Shown here piece after piece: positions 57,144 to 64,000 of a stretch of DNA of 64,000 bases. The number at the start of each line of letters is the position of its first letter. The stretch's first letter is position 1. The notes under the pieces were generated by a model. It worked only from the letters and a program-made list of their open reading frames with translations, had not been told where the DNA came from and ran no database searches. The stretch is from Parcubacteria group bacterium (GTDB taxonomy: Bacteria > Patescibacteriota > Minisyncoccia > Moranbacterales > UBA9337). The translations under genes and the position numbers were made by a program. The stretch lies in contig JBAZSW010000002.1 in assembly GCA_041662245.1 (NCBI GenBank), positions 11,835 through 75,834 of the forward strand, written 5' to 3'.

Positions 57144-58886
57144 TTGCAATTTAAAATATATATGATTTGGAAATTAAAGGAAAATGATATTGAGATTTTT
57201 GAGAATGATTCATCGGAAGATGAATCATTGTCTTTGCATCCCAAAGTGCTGAAATTACTTAGACAAAGAGGGATAAAAACCGCTAGTGAAATTAAAAAGT
57301 TTATGTTTCCTAATTACGATAATGATATCTTGGATCCATTCCTTTTCAAAGATATGAAAGTGGCGATGATCCGATTGGAAATAGCTAAAAAAAATAAGGA
57401 AAAAATTTTAATTTTTGGGGACTATGACGCAGATGGAATTACTTCGGCTTTGATTTTAAAAATTGCTTTAGAAGATGTGGGCTTTAAAATTAAGGTATAT
57501 ATTCCCAATAAAGAAGAAGGCTATGGACTCAGTGATGAAGTGTTGAGGGATTTTGCTAAAAAGGGAGTAACTTTAATAGTAACTACTGATTGTGGAATTG
57601 CCAATAAAGATGAGGTAGCGGGAGCTAAAAAAATTGGAATAGATGTAATTATAACCGATCATCATCATATTCCACCCGAAATCCCTCAAGCGGTGGCGGT
57701 GATAAATCCTAAAATAAAAAAGTGCGGTTATCCTGAAGAAAATTTAGCAGGGGTGGGAGTGGCTTTTAAATTTGTCCAAGCAATTTATGAAACTTTTTTG
57801 CCAGAAAAAAAAGAAACAATCAAATGGATGTTGGATCTAGTAGCGATTGGAACGATTGCCGATATGGTTCCACTCACGGGAGAAAACAGAACGATGGCTA
57901 AATTTGGATTGTTAGTTTTGTCAAAAACTCGTCGAGTTGGATTGCAAGAAATGTTTAAAGTGGGAAGGATTTTAATTGATGAAAATAACTTTCCCGATGC
58001 ACAGAAGATTTCTTTTCAAATTGCGCCAAGAATTAATGCAGCTAGTAGGATGACTCATGCCGAGAGAGCTTTTTTTCTTTTAGCAGAAGAAGATCGAATA
58101 AAAGCCAGAGATATGGCGTTGGATATCGAAGAACAAAATACACGAAGACAAAAGGAAACTACTCAAATAGTAAGTGAAGCGGAAAAAATTATTAAGAATA
58201 CTTTTAAAGATAAAAACTTTATACTTTTAGATAATCCTAATTTTCCGGTAGGAACATTGGGCTTGGTAGCGGGAAAATTAACTGATAAATTTAAGCGACC
58301 GGTCGCAATTTTAAAAAAGGGAAAAACGGAAAGCAAGGGATCATTTCGCAGCATTCCGCAAATAGATATCATTGAATCGATAGAAGCTTGTAGCGAGTTG
58401 TTGCTTAAATACGGAGGGCATCGTCAAGCGGCAGGCATTTCTATAAAGAATGAAAATTTAGAAAAATTCTATGAGAAAATGGATAAAATTATCAACAAAA
58501 AATTGAAAGGGATAGATTTATCTCCAGAAATAAAAGTAGACGTAGAATTATCTGCAGAAGATATAGGGATAGAGTTAATTGAAGATTTGAAGAGAATGGA
58601 GCCTTTTGGACAGGGAAATTTAATGCCGGTTTTCATGATGAAAAATTTAATAATTCAAGATTTAAAATGGGTAGGCAATGGCGAAAAACACTTAAAGTTA
58701 TTTGTTCGAAGCAAGGATGGCAGTCCTAAAATTTTTGAAGCAATTGGATTTAATTTGAGTGAACGTTTTGGCGAATTAAAAACGGGAGACAAAATAAATT
58801 TACTTTTTAATCTTGAGCAAGACGAATGGAATGGAAATAAAAAAATTCAGATGAAAATTATAGATTTGAAGAGTGATAGACAATGA
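57144..58886 (+). CDS. recJ: single-stranded-DNA-specific exonuclease RecJ
   Basis: DHH motifs (ILIFGDYDADGITS; VIITDHHH), a DHHA1 domain (GGHRQAAG) and a C-terminal OB-like region. The true start may be the Met at 57163. Confidence 0.85.
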   Translation: MQFKIYMIWKLKENDIEIFENDSSEDESLSLHPKVLKLLRQRGIKTASEIKKFMFPNYDNDILDPFLFKDMKVAMIRLEIAKKNKEKILIFGDYDADGITSALILKIALEDVGFKIKVYIPNKEEGYGLSDEVLRDFAKKGVTLIVTTDCGIANKDEVAGAKKIGIDVIITDHHHIPPEIPQAVAVINPKIKKCGYPEENLAGVGVAFKFVQAIYETFLPEKKETIKWMLDLVAIGTIADMVPLTGENRTMAKFGLLVLSKTRRVGLQEMFKVGRILIDENNFPDAQKISFQIAPRINAASRMTHAERAFFLLAEEDRIKARDMALDIEEQNTRRQKETTQIVSEAEKIIKNTFKDKNFILLDNPNFPVGTLGLVAGKLTDKFKRPVAILKKGKTESKGSFRSIPQIDIIESIEACSELLLKYGGHRQAAGISIKNENLEKFYEKMDKIINKKLKGIDLSPEIKVDVELSAEDIGIELIEDLKRMEPFGQGNLMPVFMMKNLIIQDLKWVGNGEKHLKLFVRSKDGSPKIFEAIGFNLSERFGELKTGDKINLLFNLEQDEWNGNKKIQMKIIDLKSDRQ

Positions 58887-59072
58887 ATAACGGGTAGCAA
58901 CCGGATATATTTAGGATTGATAAAATAGCGATTGTTTTATAAAATTAATTTTTGTGTTAAAATGTACATTGATATAGTCAATTAAAGTCAATCCCTCTAG
59001 GGTCTTTATTCGGCTAGCTTAATAGTTTTTTAGCATCTTCAATTGTTTAATTTAAATTTCTATAAAATAAGC

Positions 59073-59106
59073 AATCAAGTGGCTTAAAATAATAACCATT
59101 AAGCTA
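59073..59106. promoter_or_regulatory. conserved 34-bp hairpin motif (copy B)
   Basis: aatcaagtggcttaaaataataaccattaagcta, 33/34 identical to 5349-5382. Confidence 0.5.
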
Positions 59107-59141
59107 TATGTCGTGAATTAATTTAAATGAGCTGATAATGA

Positions 59142-60479
59142 TTGAAAATAGTCAATTTTCAAATGATAAAAAATAAAACAACAATTGCAATAGGAATAAT
59201 ATTCTTTTTAGCAACTCTAAATCTGTTTGGGGGCGGTTTTGGGGTTGATAAAGCTTTAGCCGTGGATTGTAGTGCTCTGACTGGTGATGAACAGACCTCT
59301 TGTGAAGAAGAGAAGGACGACATCAAAGATGATATCAACGACTTGCAAAAGAAATTAGACAAAAAAAATGCAGAAAAGGCTCTATTGGAACAAAATTTGG
59401 GAAAAGTTCAAGGAGCGGTTTATGTAACCCAAAAGGTTATTAATGATACGCAAGCACAGATAGACGCAGTTGAAAAAAGCATCAAGGATAAAGAATCAAA
59501 CTTAGTAAGTTTGGAGGAAAGCAAAGAAAGGAAAAAAGAAGCACTTAAAAAAATGATTCAAGAAAATTATTTAGATTCTGATCAGCCATTTATATTTATT
59601 TTTCTAAACAAAGATAATTTTTTGGAGGCGGTAACAAGCGTGGATAATTTATTACGAGTAAAAGAGGAAGTGCTGGCGTTAATGGGTGATATAAAAAATG
59701 ATAAAGAAAGTATTAAAACGGAAGCTCAACAGTTAGATGTTTCAAGGAAAGAAAAAGAATCTTTGCTAGTTACCAAAGAAAAACAAAAGTTAGCATTGGA
59801 AAATCAGGCGGATGGAATTCAGGAAGATGTTGATCAGGCTATGGAAAGCATTGCCAGTTTACAAGAAAAATTATCTGAATTAAAAAGTGATTTAAATAAA
59901 TTATTAGGGAAAAGTTATAATACTAATGATGTTAAAGAGGCAATAAAATTTGCAGCTAAGCAAACAGGGGTAAGAAAAGGATTTCTTTTTGGGATGTTAT
60001 CTATCGAATCAAGACTGGGAGCCTCAGTGGGAGGATGTGATTATAAGCAAAGTCGGATGAGTGCCACGCGATTGGCAATATTTAAAGATATTTGTGATAA
60101 GCTAGATTACAATTATAAAAAGCAAAAAGTTTCTTGTCCACCATCTAGTTATAAGGGCACAGGAGGGGCAATGGGGGCGGCACAGTTTATGTCAGATACT
60201 TGGAGGGGTTATCAATCAAAAATCGCTTCTGCAACAGGACATAACCCTGCCGATCCATGGAATCTAGTTGATGGTGTGACTGCTATGGCTTTAAAATTGG
60301 CAAACGATGGAGCCACTAAGAGTGGAAAAACGACCATTACTAGTCCTTGTACGGGAAAGAAGATCTCAATTAAATGGGAAGAATATGCTTCATTAAAATA
60401 TTTAGGATGGAGTTGTTATGGACTGACTAATTATGCTAAAAGAGTTCAGGCTTTGTCGGGAAATTATGACCAACTTTAG
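59142..60479 (+). CDS. secreted coiled-coil protein with a C-terminal lytic-transglycosylase-like (GH23/SLT-like) domain
   Basis: Signal/TM N-terminus, about 250 aa of coiled coil, then GMLSIESRLGA (ES catalytic-Glu context) and AMGAAQFM (GxMQ-like) motifs. Confidence 0.45.
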   Translation: MKIVNFQMIKNKTTIAIGIIFFLATLNLFGGGFGVDKALAVDCSALTGDEQTSCEEEKDDIKDDINDLQKKLDKKNAEKALLEQNLGKVQGAVYVTQKVINDTQAQIDAVEKSIKDKESNLVSLEESKERKKEALKKMIQENYLDSDQPFIFIFLNKDNFLEAVTSVDNLLRVKEEVLALMGDIKNDKESIKTEAQQLDVSRKEKESLLVTKEKQKLALENQADGIQEDVDQAMESIASLQEKLSELKSDLNKLLGKSYNTNDVKEAIKFAAKQTGVRKGFLFGMLSIESRLGASVGGCDYKQSRMSATRLAIFKDICDKLDYNYKKQKVSCPPSSYKGTGGAMGAAQFMSDTWRGYQSKIASATGHNPADPWNLVDGVTAMALKLANDGATKSGKTTITSPCTGKKISIKWEEYASLKYLGWSCYGLTNYAKRVQALSGNYDQL

Positions 60480-60669
60480 AAATATTAAAATTTTTAAATT
60501 TTATTATTCCTAAAGAAACAAATTTCAAATCAATTTTAAATGTGAGACTGTGTCAATATATTTTTTGTGAGTTTGAAATTTGTTTGTGTCTTGTGGCTTG
60601 GAATTTATGATTTTAAAGTAGTTTTTTGGTTTGCTTTGTGTTTATTTATGTGCTAAACTCTATAAGTAT

Positions 60670-60818
60670 GAACTGGTAGCGAGTAGAGAATTTATTTCCC
60701 AAAAAAGTTTCTTTTTCCCCGGCTTTTCGTTTCACACAGTAGCTACAAAAAAGAATCCTTTTTCGGTAAATAAATTCAACGTTATAGTATTGAAATAGTT
60801 TTTACTCGATACCGCTTA
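60670..60818 (+). repeat. 149-bp intergenic repeat, copy 3 of 3
   Basis: Identical to 44372-44520. Ends 36 bp upstream of ndk. Confidence 0.8.
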
Positions 60819-60853
60819 TATTAAAAAATAAATTATTTAAATTTTTAAAAAAT

Positions 60854-61477
60854 ATGACTGAAGAAAAGATGCATCCTAAAAAAGAAAGAACCCTAGTTAT
60901 TATCAAGCCAGATGGAGTACAGAGAACTTTGATTGGAGAAATTATCAAAAGATATGAGCGCGTGGGACTTAAACTGATGGGGTTAAAAATGCTTATTCCA
61001 ACTGAGGAAATGGCGATTAAGCATTATTACGAAGTAGGGGGCGATGCTTGGCTGGAAGAGGTGGGAAGAAAAGCTTCGGCTTCTTATGAAAAGAAAGGGC
61101 TAAAATCACCTTTCGCAACTTTCAAGGACAATGGAATAGCCATTATGAACGCCAATGCTAAATATTTAAGCTCAGGTCCTGTAATTGCAATGATTTGGGA
61201 GGGCAATCAAGCTGTGGCTTTGGTACGAAAAATTACAGGAGGAACAGAACCTTTATCATCTGACATGGGAACTATTCGCGGAGATTTTACCTTGGATACT
61301 TACCAGATGGCGGATGTCGATCAGCGAAGTATTCGAAATTTAATTCATGCTTCAGGTCTTGTGGAAGAGGCGGAAAAAGAAATTCCAATTTGGTTTAGCG
61401 AAGGTGAAATTTTAACTTATCGATTAATTCAAGATGAAATTTTATATGACGTTAATCTTGATGGCATACTTGAATAG
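60854..61477 (+). CDS. ndk: nucleoside-diphosphate kinase with an internal insertion of about 45 aa
   Basis: ERTLVIIKPDGVQRTLIGEIIKRYE N-terminus, GTIRGDF, and NLIHASG...AEKEIPIWF (catalytic His). 207 aa against a typical 135-150 aa, with the extra sequence in the Kpn-loop region. Confidence 0.8.
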   Translation: MTEEKMHPKKERTLVIIKPDGVQRTLIGEIIKRYERVGLKLMGLKMLIPTEEMAIKHYYEVGGDAWLEEVGRKASASYEKKGLKSPFATFKDNGIAIMNANAKYLSSGPVIAMIWEGNQAVALVRKITGGTEPLSSDMGTIRGDFTLDTYQMADVDQRSIRNLIHASGLVEEAEKEIPIWFSEGEILTYRLIQDEILYDVNLDGILE

Positions 61478-61506
61478 TATATTCTAAAAAATATTTTTAT
61501 AAACTT

Positions 61507-61535
61507 AAAAACCCTTTATTTTAAAGGGTTTTTTG
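61507..61535 (+). terminator. rho-independent terminator after ndk
   Basis: AAACCCTTTA tttt AAAGGGTTT followed by TTTGCTTTT. Confidence 0.6.
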
Positions 61536-61546
61536 CTTTTTATAAA

Positions 61547-61592
61547 AAAAGTATAAGTATATACTTAAGTACTTACCTAAGTAAGTACTTAA
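61547..61592. repeat. cluster of AAGTA-based palindromes
   Basis: AAGTATATACTT (61555-61566) and the perfect 10-bp inverted repeat AAGTACTTAC ctaa GTAAGTACTT (61567-61590). Confidence 0.6.
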
Positions 61593-61848
61593 ATATAAAT
61601 TTAAAAATGAGTGAATTGAAATCTCACTGTGTATAAATTTTTTAAGTATCCCAGTTATTTAACGGGGCACGCAAAAATTTATTTGGGCGAGATGCTACAA
61701 CGTTGGCATATTGTAATTTGCAGATTTATATTAATACAAAAATGCTAACGTGTTAGAATATCAATATAATTTTTTCTTGCATTTTTTTTTATTTATCTTT
61801 ACCATAGGGATAATGTCAAAAAGAATAAATTTTAAAAAATATCATTTT

Positions 61849-62559
61849 ATGGATAAAATTAATCTTCCCAATCACGTGGTGATAATTCCCGATGGTAACA
61901 GGCGTTGGGCAAAAGAAAGAGATCTTAAACCTTGGAAGGGGCATGTAGCAGGCGCAGATCGGATTGAAGAGTTGGTGAGAAAAGCTCTAAAAATGAAAAT
62001 TAAAAATATTTCTTTTTGGGGATCATCAATGGATAATCTTAAAAAAAGACCGCTAATGGAAAAAAAAGCACTTTTGAGTATCTATGAAAAGTATTTTAAA
62101 AAGCTTATGGATAGTGAGGAAATTCATGAAAACGAAGCAAAAATTAATATTATTGGTCGTTGGAAGGAACAGTTTCCAGAAAGTTTAAAAAAAATTTTAG
62201 AGCAGGGAATGGAAAAAACTAAGAATTATAAAAATTATAATTTAAATTTCTTTTTAGCTTATAATGGTGATGATGAAATGTTGGAAGCGATCAAAAAAAT
62301 ATCAGCTAAAATTGGAACCAGCACAAAAAACATTACTGCTAATTTGGTGAAAGAAAATTTGATGACTAAAAATTTACCTGCAGTGGACTTTCTCATCAGA
62401 ACTGGAGGCGAGCCACATCTCTCGACAGGATTTTTGATGTGGGATTTGGCTAATGCGCAACTTTATTTTTCCAAGAAATTATTTCCCAATTTTACCAAGA
62501 AAGATTTTGAGAAAGCAATTTTAAATTTCTCTCAAAGAGGGAGAAGGTTGGGAAAATAA
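61849..62559 (+). CDS. uppS: isoprenyl transferase (undecaprenyl-diphosphate synthase)
   Basis: HVVIIPDGNRRWAKER and the FWGSS...N block with a C-terminal RxG motif. ORF trimmed from 61750 to the Met at 61849, by homology only. Confidence 0.8.
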   Translation: MDKINLPNHVVIIPDGNRRWAKERDLKPWKGHVAGADRIEELVRKALKMKIKNISFWGSSMDNLKKRPLMEKKALLSIYEKYFKKLMDSEEIHENEAKINIIGRWKEQFPESLKKILEQGMEKTKNYKNYNLNFFLAYNGDDEMLEAIKKISAKIGTSTKNITANLVKENLMTKNLPAVDFLIRTGGEPHLSTGFLMWDLANAQLYFSKKLFPNFTKKDFEKAILNFSQRGRRLGK

Positions 62560-62730
62560 AATGGATAGCCCATGATGTTTTTAAAGTTTGTAAAGTCAAA
62601 GAAAATAATAAAATTACAAATTTGGAAATTTAAGATTTTGGGAATTTGATTCTTGAATTCTTAACGTTTTTTTAAATTTTTGAGATAGAGAATAATTCAA
62701 TAATTAAACAATTTTATTTGTTTTTTGAAT

Positions 62731-62760
62731 AAAGCCTTTAGACAAGGGCTTTTTTGTTTT
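62731..62760 (+). terminator. rho-independent terminator
   Basis: AAAGCC tttagacaag GGCTTT followed by TTTGTTTT. Confidence 0.45.
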
Positions 62761-62981
62761 TGAGTTCGCTTCAAACGGGAATATTTTAAGTGATTTTTGA
62801 TTAAAAAATGAGTAGAAAAATGATGTTAAAAAACGGTATTTTTTTATCCACATTTTTGACGAAAAAAGACTTGGAGGTTTTTAGAAAAAGGTGTATAATT
62901 TAAAAGTAAATTTGTAATCTATAAATTGGATAAAAAGCCTTTAGTTTATTAAGTTTTTTAAGCTAAAATTTATAAGATTTA

Positions 62982-63692
62982 ATGGATGAAAAAATCGAAA
63001 ATAATAGCGAAAAAAAATCCAAAAAAAAGAGGATTCTATTTTGGATTATTTTACTGTTATTTTTGCTTACCGGAGCGATGATTATCTGGGTTGTAAATAG
63101 CCGACAAAAAAACAGCGCAGAAGTCGACAATCAAACTGAGAATATCGCGACCGATACAGCCAATGATAATCAAGCGACAAAAGATGTAAATGATAGTTCA
63201 AGCAATGATGAAAGCAGCGCTACAATTGCAGATACTGCCAATAACGACAAGGCAATGGTTAGTGAAAATTATAAAGTCACCCAAGTAAAATTTGGCGGTA
63301 GTACGATAATGGATAATGGCAAACCACTAAATCTGCCTTTGGAAATTTATCAGGTAAAAAGTGAAACTATAATTTCTCAGGAGGACAATGAACCGAGAAT
63401 ATTAATCACTTGGAAGACAAACAAAGAAGCTGTTTCAAATGTGAATTATGCTAAAAGTGATGGGAAGGATGCTATAAATATTACAGAGGAGGGCTATGGA
63501 TTTGAACACAGTATGCTTTTGAAGAATATGGAATTTTCAACAATTTATACTTACCGAATTGAAGCCAGGGATAAATGGGGAAATAAATTTGATACGGAAT
63601 ATTTTAGCGCTTATACGGGTGACAAAACAGCATCGATTTTTGATTTAATAACCAATGCAGTGGAAGATGTCTTTGGATGGGCGATGAAATAA
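62982..63692 (+). CDS. membrane-anchored hypothetical protein with a beta-rich (FN3-like) C-terminal domain
   Basis: N-terminal TM, a low-complexity S/N/D linker, and a C-terminal domain resembling purple-acid-phosphatase N-terminal/FN3 folds. This is a weak call. Confidence 0.35.
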   Translation: MDEKIENNSEKKSKKKRILFWIILLLFLLTGAMIIWVVNSRQKNSAEVDNQTENIATDTANDNQATKDVNDSSSNDESSATIADTANNDKAMVSENYKVTQVKFGGSTIMDNGKPLNLPLEIYQVKSETIISQEDNEPRILITWKTNKEAVSNVNYAKSDGKDAINITEEGYGFEHSMLLKNMEFSTIYTYRIEARDKWGNKFDTEYFSAYTGDKTASIFDLITNAVEDVFGWAMK

Positions 63693-63756
63693 AATTCGGT
63701 TAGGAAAAAGAAAAAAAGTTTATAAAAAAATAAAAAATAAAACCAACTAAATAAAG

Positions 63757-64000
63757 ATGTTATTAGTTGAAAAAAATAAAATTCGGGTGTTAATTTTCGC
63801 TACAATTTGTACATTGTTGGCTGGTTTTGTTTTTGGTTTAAGGGAAGTTGACGCTCAATCAACCGACAGTGAATTGCTGGATGTTTCAGCCTATATTTCC
63901 AATCAAGATAGCAAGGAAGTGCTTAACGGAAAATATAAAATAAGATTTGCTATTTATACTTCCGACAGAACTGAAAGTGATCCATATCCATCAGATAGCG
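63757..64000 (+). CDS. hypothetical signal-anchored protein, 5' fragment (runs off the window)
   Basis: MLLVEKNKIRVLIFATICTLLAGFVFGL... Partial. Confidence 0.3.
   Translation, partial: MLLVEKNKIRVLIFATICTLLAGFVFGLREVDAQSTDSELLDVSAYISNQDSKEVLNGKYKIRFAIYTSDRTESDPYPSDS

Noticed and set aside
44372-60818. Copies 1 and 3 of the 149-bp element as direct-repeat boundaries of a 16-kb genomic island.
   Set aside because: The intervening genes are core housekeeping (glyQS, typA, recJ, PGM). No integrase is present and the composition does not shift. The copies are better explained as independent insertions.
1-64000. CRISPR arrays, rRNA genes, transposases/integrases, restriction-modification or toxin-antitoxin pairs.
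   Set aside because: No regularly spaced direct repeats were found. No rRNA-length conserved blocks were found; only the short 23S-like fragment at 16912-16980. No ORF carries DDE, tyrosine or serine recombinase motifs. None were found.

Overview
AT-rich bacterial chromosomal segment (about 30% GC judged by eye). Most genes are small, many hypotheticals are membrane-anchored, and several proteins have unusual architectures (a 207-aa NDK, a sigma-region-4 + HARE-HTH fusion, groES without groEL). This looks like a reduced genome of the Patescibacteria/CPR type, but that is inference from composition and gene content only. The window is mostly housekeeping, on both strands. Chromosome partitioning: scpA, scpB. 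Peptidoglycan: PBP5-like DD-carboxypeptidase, murG, murC, murB, a SEDS FtsW/RodA protein, mltG, pgeF, uppS, a VanW-like protein, and a lytic-transglycosylase-like protein. Translation: rplU, rplY, hpf, fmt, def, valS, glyQS, tsaD, typA, and tRNA-Arg(TCT) plus tRNA-Lys(CTT) on the minus strand. Replication and repair: dnaB, recR, recJ. Chaperones: groES, Hsp20. Central metabolism: phosphoglucomutase/phosphomannomutase, ADP-forming acetyl-CoA synthetase, ndk, M32 carboxypeptidase. There is also an envelope glycosylation cluster (GT2 DPM-like, GT4, GT-C-like membrane protein). The main non-standard content is listed here. (1) An operon-like block sigma-r4/HARE-HTH protein -> 2-TM membrane protein -> soluble VirD4/TrwB/FtsK-HerA-type P-loop ATPase with a C-terminal C4 zinc ribbon -> groES. 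This looks like a split, membrane-anchored DNA/substrate translocase with no other type IV secretion genes nearby. (2) A 149-bp sequence present in three 100%-identical, same-orientation intergenic copies with imperfect terminal inverted repeats (MITE-like or ncRNA). (3) A partial duplicate of the 3' half of tRNA-Arg next to the intact gene, a possible integration scar. (4) A short, divergent 23S-rRNA-like segment and hairpins downstream of the orphan groES. (5) A candidate glycine T-box leader upstream of glyQS. (6) Heptamer-repeat inverted arrays bracketing the murG promoter. (7) A 34-bp hairpin motif shared by the upstream regions of murC and the lytic-transglycosylase-like gene. (8) An unannotated 55-aa AbrB/MazE-fold protein between murC and murB. 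No CRISPR array, rRNA gene or integrase/transposase gene was seen. Every call is made by eye from the sequence and the ORF translations.
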